Assembly (NCBI GenBank): GCA_041690595.1
Contig: JAWLHB010000024.1
Location: forward strand, 1-64,000
DNA: 64,000 nucleotides
Direction of reading: 5' to 3'
DNA from: Lentisphaeria bacterium
Lineage (GTDB): Bacteria; Verrucomicrobiota; Lentisphaeria; JABSQK01; JAWLHB01
The stretch's first letter is position 1; every line of letters begins with the position of its first letter. Shown here piece by piece: positions 1-9,352 of the stretch. Both the position numbers and the translations under genes were made by a program. Below the pieces are notes generated by a model. The model was not told where the DNA came from. It saw only the letters and a list, made by a program, of their open reading frames with translations, and did not search any database.

Positions 1-1
1 G

Positions 2-145
2 ATCATCGGCGATCGGCAATTCATCCGCGAAGTAGCTGGTGCCGCCTATGGCAGCGATGCCATCAAGAAGAAACGCCTTGGAAGCGGACGACTGCCCGAC
101 TCCGGCGAGCTTCTCTACAGCTTCCGCCGGCTACGCCAGGACTGA
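2..145 (+). CDS. C-terminal fragment of a probable REP-associated tyrosine (Y1/RAYT) transposase, truncated by window start
   Basis: Frame 2 reads IIGDRQFIREVAGAAYGSDAIKKKRLGSGRLPDSGELLYSFRRLRQD* (TGA 143-145). This resembles from memory the 'IGS..FV.EV...L.S.R.LR' tail of PVC RAYT-like proteins, and REP-like repeats follow. The catalytic HUH/Tyr region is outside the window. Confidence 0.5.
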   Translation: MIGDRQFIREVAGAAYGSDAIKKKRLGSGRLPDSGELLYSFRRLRQD

Positions 146-170
146 CGGGTTGCGGCCGGCACTGGTCTCA

Positions 171-227
171 GGACAGGACAGACAAGTCGGACGAAGTCGG
201 ACATGCTGCGTGCACCGCAGGTGCACG
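171..227. repeat. Short GGAC/GTCGGAC repeats and a perfect hairpin (REP-like)
   Basis: GGACAGGACAGACAAGTCGGACGAAGTCGGAC (171-202) followed by CGTGCACC-GCA-GGTGCACG (209-227, 8-bp stem). Confidence 0.55.
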
Positions 228-399
228 TCGGGGGGGACGGACGATCTCGGAAGGGGCATGGCCTAGGGTGGTGCCTGGCCGAATGGTGCCAGCTGCGCCG
301 ATGAGGACGCGGGCATCATCTGTGCGAATTCTATCCGCGGATTGAGGCGAGAAGTACCTTCCCCCGAGGCGAGGCAGCGTCCAAAAAAGACGAAAAGTG

Positions 400-582
400 C
401 CTGTCCCCAGAGTGAGGCGGCACCCACAATGCCCCTGTCCCCGAGTTGCCCCTGTCCCCGAGTTGCCCACCTGTCCCCAGGGTGCCCCTGTCCCCGAGTT
501 GCCCACCTGTCCCCAGGGTGAGGCGGCATTCACAATGTACCTGTCCCCAGGGTGAGGCGGCATTCACAATGTACCTGTCCCC
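400..582. repeat. Modular tandem array of 8 CCTGTCCCC cores
   Basis: Cores start at 400, 434, 451, 470, 487, 506, 540 and 574 (periods 34,17,19,17,19,34,34). Linkers are reused, e.g. AGGGTGAGGCGGCATTCACAATGTA twice and GAGTTGCCCA twice. Confidence 0.95.
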
Positions 583-647
583 GAGTTGAGGAGTTGCAAC
601 CGCAGACATTCCCATCTGTACCGGACTTCGTACACCGCCGCTCTGTA

Positions 648-1436
648 CTATGGAGTGGCCGGGGGTGGTTGCGGGCGGGCAAAAATGAGATGGCATGGGC
701 TGGAGAGTTCAGGCCGGTAAGCATAGCCGGCGGCGCCGAATGCCTGGAGGTCATGGGGATCGTCAAGCTTGTGCTGAACGATGAACCTGGCCATCATCCC
801 GCGAGCCTTCTTGGCGAAGAAGCTAAGTACACGCAGTTGGCCATCCTTTTCCTCCTTGAAATCCACGTCGATGACGGGAACCGGCAGTTTCGCGAAATCT
901 ACCGCGGCTGCATACTCGTTGGATGCCAGGTTGACCAGAGCGGCATGCTCCCGCTCACGCAGCTCGTCGGCCAATTGACCGGTGAGGCGCTTTGTCCAGA
1001 AGTCGGTCAGCTTCTGATAGCGCGGCGGCTTGAATTGGCAGCCCATTTCCAGTCGATACGGCTGCATGAGATCGAGGGGGCGCAGCAGACCGTAGAGGCC
1101 GGAGAGGATGCGTAGGGTCTCCTGGGCCTGGCAAACATCGTCGACCGCAAGCGTGGCCGTATCCAGACCGTCGTAGACGTCCCCGGCAAAGGTGAAGAGA
1201 GCCGGCCGCGCATTGTCGGGCGTGAAAGGTGTGGTCCACTCCTGGTAGCGGCTATGGTTCAGCTCGGCAAGATTTTCGCTGATGGACATGATCGCCTGCA
1301 GATCTTTGGTCTTGAGGCGGCGCAGTGACCGCACGAGAGTGGCGGCCTCCTCGATGAAGATGGGCTCCGTCGGGAGCAGATCCGGAAGAGGCGATTCCAG
1401 ATCGAGTGTCTTGGCCGGCGAGAGTAGTACGAGCAT
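648..1436 (-). CDS. yaaA: Peroxide stress protein YaaA (UPF0246/DUF328)
   Basis: MLVLLSPAKTLD start; LRILSGLYGLLRPLDLMQPYRLEMG, LVNLASNEY and SFFAKKARG motifs. Confidence 0.95.
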   Translation of the reverse strand: MLVLLSPAKTLDLESPLPDLLPTEPIFIEEAATLVRSLRRLKTKDLQAIMSISENLAELNHSRYQEWTTPFTPDNARPALFTFAGDVYDGLDTATLAVDDVCQAQETLRILSGLYGLLRPLDLMQPYRLEMGCQFKPPRYQKLTDFWTKRLTGQLADELREREHAALVNLASNEYAAAVDFAKLPVPVIDVDFKEEKDGQLRVLSFFAKKARGMMARFIVQHKLDDPHDLQAFGAAGYAYRPELSSPCHLIFARPQPPPATP

Positions 1437-1453
1437 AGGGGGATCCCAGCGGT

Positions 1454-2743
1454 TCAACGGGTGGTGCCGCAGCACTTCTTGTATTTCTTGCCGCTGCCGC
1501 AGGGGCACGGATCATTACGCCCGACTTTTGCGGAAGCGGCGGCGGAACGGGCGGCTGCTTGATTGTGTTCCATGACGAGGCGGTAGTCACTCGCCGGGCG
1601 CTGCATGCGCAGACACTGCGCCATCGCCTGAAAATAGGGCAGCGTGTAGCTGTAGAACATCTTGTAGCCTTCGCAGAGATGATTGAGGCCCGGCTCGCCG
1701 TCAGGGGTGGTATCGCTGCGATGGTTCGGGCAGCCGCCCCAGCAACAGCGCAGAAAGCGACAACTCCGACAATACTCCGGCAGGGCATCGCGCTTGTCCA
1801 ACCCGAACTTCCGCTGGAATGGCTGATCGAGCATCGTGCCCAGCGGCGCGTCGGCAATGTTGCCGAGGTGATAGTCAGGAAAGACGAAATGATCGCAGGT
1901 ATAAAGGTCGCCATTGTGCTCGAGCGCCACGTTGCGGCCGCAGGTTTCGGCATGCACGCAGAGGGTGCCGGGAGCGCCCATGATGATCCCAAGCATCATA
2001 TCGAAGAGCTGCACATAGATCGTGCCTATATCGCTCCCACGCCACCGATCGAAGAGCCGATTCATGAAATTGCCCCACATCTTCGGGGGCAACGATCGCT
2101 CCGTCAGAGTCTTCGCCGTATGATCCTCGTATTCCACCAGCGGGATGAACTGCATGAACTGCACACCCTTCCCACACAGAAAATCGTAGACTTCGACGGG
2201 ATGAGCGCCATTGTGGCAGTTGACCAGCACCAGCGCGTTGTATTCGACGCTGTGACGTTGCAGGACCTCGAGTCCCGTCATGACGCTGGCGAAGGTCCCC
2301 TTCCCTGTCCGGTCGAGGCGAAAGCGATTGTGAATGTGCTCCGATCCATCGATGCTGATCCCGACCAGAAACTGGTTGTCATGCAGAAAGCTGCCCCATT
2401 CGTCGTCGAGCAGGGTGCCGTTCGTCTGCAAGGCATTGGTGATGGTCATGCCCGGTTTGGCGTACTGCTTCTGCAGGCGGACGGCCTTGCGGAAGAAGTC
2501 GATGCCCATCAGGGTCGGCTCGCCCCCCTGCCAGGCAAAATTGATCTCCCGCACACCGGCCGGCTGGCAGTCAATGTATTGGCGGACGAAGTTCTCGAGG
2601 ACATCGTCCGTCATCCGCCACTTCTCGCCACGCGGGTAAAGATCCTTCTTGCTGAGGTAGAAGCAGTAGGCGCACTGGAGGTTGCAGACAGGCCCGATGG
2701 GCTTGCAGAGAACGTGGAAGGGTTGGCTGGCCTGCTGCGTCAT
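1454..2743 (-). CDS. Anaerobic sulfatase maturase (radical SAM/SPASM) with C-terminal SEC-C motif
   Basis: KPIGPVCNLQCAYCFY, WQGGEPTL, QTNG, SPASM cysteines (C..C..LRCCWGGCP) and terminal GRNDPCPCGSGKKYKKCCG. Confidence 0.93.
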   Translation of the reverse strand: MTQQASQPFHVLCKPIGPVCNLQCAYCFYLSKKDLYPRGEKWRMTDDVLENFVRQYIDCQPAGVREINFAWQGGEPTLMGIDFFRKAVRLQKQYAKPGMTITNALQTNGTLLDDEWGSFLHDNQFLVGISIDGSEHIHNRFRLDRTGKGTFASVMTGLEVLQRHSVEYNALVLVNCHNGAHPVEVYDFLCGKGVQFMQFIPLVEYEDHTAKTLTERSLPPKMWGNFMNRLFDRWRGSDIGTIYVQLFDMMLGIIMGAPGTLCVHAETCGRNVALEHNGDLYTCDHFVFPDYHLGNIADAPLGTMLDQPFQRKFGLDKRDALPEYCRSCRFLRCCWGGCPNHRSDTTPDGEPGLNHLCEGYKMFYSYTLPYFQAMAQCLRMQRPASDYRLVMEHNQAAARSAAASAKVGRNDPCPCGSGKKYKKCCGTTR

Positions 2744-2761
2744 CTCCTCGATTCCCGCTGG

Positions 2762-3916
2762 TTAGTTCGGTGAAGTGGCTTGATTATCGAGAACGACGCA
2801 CGCATGCGGCCAGACAAGCTCGGCCTGCCAAGGCTGAAGCCCCCCCACCTTCTGCAGCTTCTCGATGCTGCGGGGCACCTCCCGGACAATCTCCGCCAGG
2901 CTGCCGCGCGAAGCGATCAGTGGCGGATCGATGGAGAGTTGCACGGCTTCGTCGGCGATCCGCTTCTTCAGCAGATCGAGCTTCTCCGCCAAGGCGCGCG
3001 ACCAGAACTCGCGCAGGGCTGGCGGCGGTCCCGGATAGGCTTCCGACGGCATCTTCCGTACGCGTGCCAGCGAACTGATCAGCTGCTCGAGGCGTCCGCC
3101 GCGAATATTTCTCGGCATGTCGAAGGTTGGCGGAAGATCGGCATTCGCTGGCATCTCCGCGGCGGCTCGAGCGAGCACCACGAGAGGGCCGTTCCCCATG
3201 ATCATGTAAGCCGGCCGATCGATGCGCCGCGCTTCACGATCGCGCCAGTACCAAAGCTCACGCAGAAAAGCAAGCTCTATGCCCCGAAGGAGGTGCGAAC
3301 CCTTGACGCGCCACTCGGTCTCGGGATCCGGCTGGCGGTTCTCCGCCGTCGCCGCAATCTGGCCGTCGCAAGACTGGGCATGCCACTCGACCCGCCCCAG
3401 CCGGACCAACTCTTCCTGAAGGGCGTCGGCAACCTGGCCCAGATACCGCACATCATCCACCGCATAGCGCAACTGAGTCTGGCTGAGCGGCCTCACCGAC
3501 CAGTCGGAGCGTGTATCTCCTTTGGCCAGTTTTACGTCGCAGAAACGTTCGACAAGCGAGCTGAGACCAAATGCCGCGATGCCGACAAGCTGCGCGGCAA
3601 TCGACGTATCGAAGATGCCGGCATGCGGCCGAAAGCCGTAACCCGTGCGCAGGAGGCGAAGATCGTAGTCGGCTCCGTGGAGGACGATCCGATGTTCAGC
3701 CATCTCCGCCATCAAGGCATCAAGCGAAAGCCCGCACAGGGGGTCGACAAGGTAGAACGCATCGTCAACGGCCAACTGAATGAGGCAGACCTTCTCGAAA
3801 TAATGATGAAAACTGTCAGCTTCGGTATCGATGATGATGCGCTTTGCGCCCCGCATCCGGGTAACCAGCTTTTCCAGCTCTTCCTGGCGATCGATATAGC
3901 TATAGTCGGTGGGCAA
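2762..3916 (-). CDS. rnd: Ribonuclease D (DEDDy exonuclease + HRDC)
   Basis: IDTEADSFHHYFEKVCLIQ, HGADYDL, FDT, SDWSVRPLS..QLRYAVDDV and HRDC-like WRDREARRIDRP. Confidence 0.92.
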   Translation of the reverse strand: MPTDYSYIDRQEELEKLVTRMRGAKRIIIDTEADSFHHYFEKVCLIQLAVDDAFYLVDPLCGLSLDALMAEMAEHRIVLHGADYDLRLLRTGYGFRPHAGIFDTSIAAQLVGIAAFGLSSLVERFCDVKLAKGDTRSDWSVRPLSQTQLRYAVDDVRYLGQVADALQEELVRLGRVEWHAQSCDGQIAATAENRQPDPETEWRVKGSHLLRGIELAFLRELWYWRDREARRIDRPAYMIMGNGPLVVLARAAAEMPANADLPPTFDMPRNIRGGRLEQLISSLARVRKMPSEAYPGPPPALREFWSRALAEKLDLLKKRIADEAVQLSIDPPLIASRGSLAEIVREVPRSIEKLQKVGGLQPWQAELVWPHACVVLDNQATSPN

Positions 3917-4141
3917 GAAAACCTCCTGGCTTCGGGTACAGTCAAAGGACAGCCTCTACAATACCAGCAGTCACTCATTTTGCCAGACAAAGCTCAACCC
4001 GAATCTCCCTGAAGATTGGCCGATGGAACGGTAACAAACCTTGATCACTGGTGTCAAAGAGAGACTATAGTATGGGCTCCGGCGCCTGCAGCCCGGCCAT
4101 CAACCTCGTGAAAACACGACCCCATTCTTCTGGAATCAGCC

Positions 4142-6754
4142 ATGACACGCTTTCGATATTTCCTGACACTGCCTCTTCTCATACTCGGCCTGAACGCAAC
4201 CATGGCCAACGAGCCTTTGGTCGAGGTCCTTGACAACGGCATCCGGCTGGTTGTCGCCGAGAATCACGTGGCGCCGGTGGCCGCGTTGCGCGTCTACGTG
4301 AATACCGGCAGCATCCACGAGGCGGAGTATATGGGAAGTGGTATTTCGCACATTTTCGAGCACCTCGTCAGCGGGGGCACCACGAAGAATCGCACGGAGG
4401 CAGAGATCGGCGAGATCCTCGATCGCCTTGGAGGCGCCAGCAACGCCTACACCACCCGGGATCATACCGCCTACTACCTGACCACGGATGCCGGCAAGAT
4501 CGGCACTGCCATCGACCTGATGGCGGACTGGATGATCAACTGCACCTTCCCCGACAACGAGGTGCAGCGCGAGCTGGGGGTGGTGATGGAAGAGCTGTAC
4601 AAGGGCCGCGAGGAACCCATGCGCATCCTCCATCAGACCTTTGCGGAGACCATGTGGCAGCTTCATCCGGCACGCTATCCGGTCATCGGCTACGAGCCGC
4701 TCGTACGCAAGCTCACCCGCGATGACTTCGTGAACTACTACAACCGCATGTATGTCCCGAACAACATGGTCGTTGCCTGCGTGGGCGACTTCAAGGCGGC
4801 GGAAGTCATGCAGATGCTGCGTGACGCCTTCGGCCCCATGGAGCGCCGCACCATCGAGCCGGTCGTCCTGCCGGAAGAGCCGCCTCAGCTTGGGCAGAAG
4901 GTCCGCTTCATCGAGAAGGAAGGGCTCGGCGCCGCCTACTTCAACATCGGTTTTCACACGGTGGCCCTGCAGCACCCCGACCTCTACGCGCTCGATGTCA
5001 TGAGCTATGTGTTGAGCCGCGGCGCCAGTTCCCGGCTGGTGAAGAGCCTGCGCGAAGAGAAGCGGCTGGTCAACTCCATCTACAGCTATTCGGCCACGCC
5101 CAGCTATGGAGCAGGCAGCTTTGTTGTCCATGCGGTGGCTCCCGATGCGCAGTACGAGGAAGCCCTCACGGCCATATTCGAGGAGCTTTATCGCATGCGC
5201 GAGGGCCTGATTACCGACACGGAGCTGGAGCGGGCCAAGCAGCAGAAGATCGCCGACGACATCCTCGGCAGCCAGACCGCCGAAGATGCGGCCGCGGAGC
5301 TGGGGCTCAATCTCCTGACCACCGGCAATGTCGCCTTCAACGCCTACTATCTCGAAGGGATTCAGAAGGTGACCGCGGAGGATGTGCGGCGGGTCGCTCG
5401 CAAGTATCTCTTCGACGGCAACTCGACAATTGTCGCGCTGCGCCCGGAGACCGCGGGGGCGGTGGAGGAGCAACAGGCAGCCGCACGGGAGGAAGCCGCG
5501 CCCGTCCGCAAGCTGGTGCTCGACAATGGCATGACGGTCCTGATCAAGCGCAACCCCAACGTTCCGCTGGTCAACCTGCAGGCCGTCTTTCTGGGCGGTG
5601 TCCGCACGGAACCGGAAGGCAAGGCAGGACTGAGCAACCTCACGGCCTCGACCATGCTGCGAGGCACGACCAGCCGCACGCGGGAAGAGATCGATACCCT
5701 CTTCGACAGCATCGGCGGCCGCCTGAGCCCCTCCTCCGGCAACAACTCTCTTGGCCTGGCCTGTGAGGTACTTGCAAAGGACTTCGATACGGCGCTGGAT
5801 GTGGTCAGCGACATTCTTCAGAATGCCTCCTTCCCCGAGAACGAATTCACCACCGTCCATCGCAATGTTCTCTCCGCGCTCGGCAGGCTCGACGATGACT
5901 GGCAGAGCCAGATCTCCCGCCTCTTCAGGGAAGCCTACTTTACCGATCATCCCTATCAGTACACCACCCTCGGCACAAGCCAATCGGTGGAGAAGCTCAC
6001 CCCCGCCGACACCAAAGCCTACTACAACGGCTTCATTGTGCCCGAACGCTGCGTCTTCACCATCTTCGGCGACATCGACGAAGAGGCGGCGATGGCCAGG
6101 GTGAAGGAGGCGTTTGGCGGCTTCACCCGAGCGGGAGAGAGCATGCCGGAACTGGCGCCCCCTGCCCCCCCACGGGAAGACCAGCGTATCGGACATGCCA
6201 CCAGCCGCCAGATCTCGGCTCTCTACATGGGATATCCCGGTACCACCATCGATAATCAGGAAGACTACTACCCGCTTATCGTTCTGGATTCCGTATTGAG
6301 CGGCATCGGCTTTCCCGGGGGACGCCTGCACGGGGCACTGCGCGGCGGCGACAAGGATCTCGTCTATCTTGTCCACGCCTGGAACTTCTTCGGCCTGGAA
6401 CCGGGCTTCTTCGGCATCATGGCCGCTTCCTCTCCAGATAAGATGGAGACTGTCGAGGAGATCATTCTGAACATCATGGGAGAGATCCGGGAAAGCCCTG
6501 TCGGCGAGGAAGAGCTTTCCAAGGCCAAGACGATCTGCGTCACCATGGAGCACCTCAGCCGCCAGACCAATGGCGAGATGGCACTGCAGTCTGCCCTTGA
6601 TGAACTCTACGGGCTGGGCTACGACCACAGCCGGCAGTATGAAGAGAAGATCAACGCCGTCACCGCCGAAGATCTCCTGCGGGTGGCCCGCAAGTATCTC
6701 ACGAACTACGTCATGGTGCGCACCGGGCCGAACCAGCAGGCCGCCGCGGAATGA
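4142..6754 (+). CDS. Secreted M16 family zinc peptidase (PqqL/insulinase-like, tandem)
   Basis: Signal peptide, inverted zincin HIFEH, NAYTTRDHTAY, and a second inactive M16 half (LDNGMTVLIK...GLSNLTASTMLRGT). Confidence 0.92.
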   Translation: MTRFRYFLTLPLLILGLNATMANEPLVEVLDNGIRLVVAENHVAPVAALRVYVNTGSIHEAEYMGSGISHIFEHLVSGGTTKNRTEAEIGEILDRLGGASNAYTTRDHTAYYLTTDAGKIGTAIDLMADWMINCTFPDNEVQRELGVVMEELYKGREEPMRILHQTFAETMWQLHPARYPVIGYEPLVRKLTRDDFVNYYNRMYVPNNMVVACVGDFKAAEVMQMLRDAFGPMERRTIEPVVLPEEPPQLGQKVRFIEKEGLGAAYFNIGFHTVALQHPDLYALDVMSYVLSRGASSRLVKSLREEKRLVNSIYSYSATPSYGAGSFVVHAVAPDAQYEEALTAIFEELYRMREGLITDTELERAKQQKIADDILGSQTAEDAAAELGLNLLTTGNVAFNAYYLEGIQKVTAEDVRRVARKYLFDGNSTIVALRPETAGAVEEQQAAAREEAAPVRKLVLDNGMTVLIKRNPNVPLVNLQAVFLGGVRTEPEGKAGLSNLTASTMLRGTTSRTREEIDTLFDSIGGRLSPSSGNNSLGLACEVLAKDFDTALDVVSDILQNASFPENEFTTVHRNVLSALGRLDDDWQSQISRLFREAYFTDHPYQYTTLGTSQSVEKLTPADTKAYYNGFIVPERCVFTIFGDIDEEAAMARVKEAFGGFTRAGESMPELAPPAPPREDQRIGHATSRQISALYMGYPGTTIDNQEDYYPLIVLDSVLSGIGFPGGRLHGALRGGDKDLVYLVHAWNFFGLEPGFFGIMAASSPDKMETVEEIILNIMGEIRESPVGEEELSKAKTICVTMEHLSRQTNGEMALQSALDELYGLGYDHSRQYEEKINAVTAEDLLRVARKYLTNYVMVRTGPNQQAAAE

Positions 6755-6766
6755 AGCTTGCCCTCA

Positions 6767-7543
6767 TCAACCGGCACGTATCTCACGAGGGGAGCAGCCG
6801 AGTTGCTGACGGATGAAGCGCGAGAACGACGACAAATCGGCGAACTCCAGGCGGTGCGCGATCTCACTGATGGTCAACTCCGAGAAACGCAGCAGCGTGC
6901 GGGCAGCTTCAGCGCGCCGACGATCCAGATAGTGCTTGAGGGACTCCCCCCTCTCCTGGCGGAACAGTCTGCTCGTGTGGCTGCCCGAATAGCCGACCGC
7001 CCGCGCCGCGTCGGCCACGGTGACATGGGATCCCGGCCGCGCTTCCAGAAGAGCGTCAATGCGCGCCACCAGGCTTCGCCGCGACGGCGGCGACGGACTT
7101 TCCTGCCGCTGGTAAGCGTCAATCCATAGCGTCTCCAGGAGCATGTCGATCTGGCAACGCAACGGTGGCTCCTCTCGCAGCTGCCATTCGTGCATCATCG
7201 ACGCCAGGATGGTGACCAGCCCCTCCCGCCGCGGTGTTGACGGCAGCAGGCGCACCCGTCGCTCGGACCGTGCATCCGAAAACTTGAAGATCAGGGCATG
7301 CCCGCGATTGCTTTTGCACACCAGCTCATGACTGGCATTCGGCGGAATGAAGAGCAGGTTGCCCGTATCGTTGCTGTACGATTGACCGTCCACAATCGTG
7401 GAGAACTGGCCGATAAGGGTAACGTCGAGCTGCCAGAAGTCATGCCGATGGGGACGAATAAGCTCGCCAAGACGTTTTCGACTCTCCTCAAAGTAGAGCA
7501 GATGTACCACGCGCAACCTCCCCGGAATGATCGATTTTGTCAA
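6767..7543 (-). CDS. AraC family transcriptional regulator (start approximate)
   Basis: Cupin PHRHDFWQL and C-terminal HTH ISEIAHRLEFADLSSFSRFIRQQLGCSPRE; divergent from the oxidoreductase gene. Confidence 0.88.
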   Translation of the reverse strand: MTKSIIPGRLRVVHLLYFEESRKRLGELIRPHRHDFWQLDVTLIGQFSTIVDGQSYSNDTGNLLFIPPNASHELVCKSNRGHALIFKFSDARSERRVRLLPSTPRREGLVTILASMMHEWQLREEPPLRCQIDMLLETLWIDAYQRQESPSPPSRRSLVARIDALLEARPGSHVTVADAARAVGYSGSHTSRLFRQERGESLKHYLDRRRAEAARTLLRFSELTISEIAHRLEFADLSSFSRFIRQQLGCSPREIRAG

Positions 7544-7636
7544 CTTTTGATAGGTAAAGATAATGGTGAAGCCATCTTCGTCAAGCCATGGTATGCTCAG
7601 GCAATTACACCCGACAACTATCGCGAGGAGCTGAAC

Positions 7637-8800
7637 ATGTCCGACATCACCATCCACCGACTTGGCATCATCATGAACGGCGTCACCGGCCGCATGGGAA
7701 CCAACCAGCACCTGTTGCGATCGATCTGCGCCATCATCGCACAGGGCGGCGTCAAGCTCTCCGATACCGAAGTCATCATGCCCGATCCGGTACTGGTCGG
7801 GCGCAACGAGGCCAAGCTTCAGGCGCTGGCGGAGCGGTCGGGCATAGCGGCAACCAGCACCGACCTGGCGTCACTGCTGGAAGACGAACGCTACCCGATC
7901 TACTTCGATGCGCAGACAACCGAGCGGCGGGTGGAAGCGGTGAAGGCTGCCATCCGCGCCGGCAAGCACATTTACTGCGAGAAACCGACCGCGACAACTA
8001 CCGCCGAGGCCTACGATCTCTACCGCTGCGCCCATCAGGCGGGGATCCGCCACGGCGTCGTGCAGGACAAGCTCTGGCTGCCGGGACTCCTCAAGCTCAA
8101 GCGGCTGATCGACCTTGGCGTGCTGGGCGAGATCGTCGCGGTCAAAGGCGAATTCGGCTACTGGGTCTTCGAGGGCAACGTAATTCCAACTCAGCGTCCC
8201 TCCTGGAATTATCGCAGGGAAGATGGCGGCGGCATGATGATCGACATGTTCTGCCATTGGCGCTATGTCATCGATAACCTCTTCGGTTCGATCAATGGCG
8301 TCTGTGCCACTGCCGCAACCTTGATTCCACAACGCTGGGATGAGAACGGCCAGCCTTACACCTGCACCGCCGACGATGCCGCCTATGCCACCTTCTCCCT
8401 CGACAGCGGCGTCCTCTGCCAGTTCAATTCTTCCTGGAACGTTCGGGTCAATCGCGACGAACTCCTCGAAATCCAGGTGGACGGCACCAGGGGATCCGCT
8501 GTCGCCGGTCTGCGCAACTGCAAGTACCAATCCGCCGGAACGACCCCGAAGGCCGTCTGGAATCCGGATGTGCCCTCGCCGATTGCATATCGCGACTGGT
8601 GGACGGAGGTGCCGGAACTGGAGAGCTTCGACAACGCCTTCAAGGTGCAGTGGGAGTTGTTCCTGAAGTACGTGGTGAAGGGGGGAAGCTTCCGATGGGA
8701 TCTTCTTGAAGCAGCCAAAGGCGTTCAGCTGGCCGAACTTGGTCAGGTGTCACACGACCGGCGCGGTTGGGTGGACGTACCCCCGCTGGAGCAGCTGTAG
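7637..8800 (+). CDS. Gfo/Idh/MocA family oxidoreductase
   Basis: GAGGAG RBS; IIMNGVTGRMG Rossmann motif, GKHIYCEKP, GGGMMIDMFCHW. Confidence 0.92.
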   Translation: MSDITIHRLGIIMNGVTGRMGTNQHLLRSICAIIAQGGVKLSDTEVIMPDPVLVGRNEAKLQALAERSGIAATSTDLASLLEDERYPIYFDAQTTERRVEAVKAAIRAGKHIYCEKPTATTTAEAYDLYRCAHQAGIRHGVVQDKLWLPGLLKLKRLIDLGVLGEIVAVKGEFGYWVFEGNVIPTQRPSWNYRREDGGGMMIDMFCHWRYVIDNLFGSINGVCATAATLIPQRWDENGQPYTCTADDAAYATFSLDSGVLCQFNSSWNVRVNRDELLEIQVDGTRGSAVAGLRNCKYQSAGTTPKAVWNPDVPSPIAYRDWWTEVPELESFDNAFKVQWELFLKYVVKGGSFRWDLLEAAKGVQLAELGQVSHDRRGWVDVPPLEQL

Positions 8801-8824
8801 CCAGCCGCTGACCACGGCTGACCG

Positions 8825-9277
8825 TCAGCGTGCCTTGATGCTCAACTGATTGAAGCGTATCTTCGGCTTGTCCGCGGCCATCTTCTCATCGAGCACGACA
8901 GGGCGGCTGTCTTCGGTGAAGGTGCCGCCCGCTTTGGCGACCTGTCCGGAAAAGATGGCGCGCGCGATGATGGTGCCTTCCGTCGGCAGCTCGACCTTTT
9001 CGTCTTTCAGCTCGGCGATCAGATAGCCGCCAGTGTGTTTTGTCGACCATCTTAGGGGAAGGGTCGCGAGCTTCTTGATAAGCTCTTTGCCCTTCTCATC
9101 AGTCTGCCAGATCTCCAACTCGCCGGTGGTTCGGTACGAGTAACTGCCGCCACTGCGGATTCGCACTTTGGCATCTACCGTAATCAAGGCTTCCTTGGCC
9201 CAACTGGTGCAGACCGCAAGCATGGCCGCCAGTATGATCGCCCCCCGGCATGTCGACATGAATGATCGCTTCATCAT
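8825..9277 (-). CDS. Hypothetical secreted protein
   Basis: Signal-peptide-like MMKRSF...AIILAAMLAVCTSWA and a beta-rich mature region; no recognised motif. Confidence 0.7.
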   Translation of the reverse strand: MMKRSFMSTCRGAIILAAMLAVCTSWAKEALITVDAKVRIRSGGSYSYRTTGELEIWQTDEKGKELIKKLATLPLRWSTKHTGGYLIAELKDEKVELPTEGTIIARAIFSGQVAKAGGTFTEDSRPVVLDEKMAADKPKIRFNQLSIKAR

Positions 9278-9352
9278 CCGATTCTCCCATTTGATAACGA
9301 TTGCGGTAAAGAACTGCAACAGGATAGCGCATTTCCAGTAAAGAGCAAGCGT

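Noticed and set aside
400..582. CRISPR array
   Set aside because: The constant part is only 9 bp, the spacers are 8-25 bp and repeated, and there are no cas genes in the window.
168..696. Repetitive minus-strand ORFs (131, 88 and 121 aa)
   Set aside because: They are open in all three frames only because they translate the DNA repeat.
1454..2743. RiPP maturase interpretation of the radical SAM/SPASM gene (also considered for 30012..30914)
   Set aside because: The first has anSME-type motifs, and no precursor peptide, RRE domain or transporter is adjacent to either.
4136..6628. 830-aa antisense ORF, and similar ones such as 10953..12668, 41218..43611, 43608..45059, 50833..52359 and 61366..63267
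   Set aside because: These are shadow frames of well-supported genes in high-GC DNA and carry no motifs.
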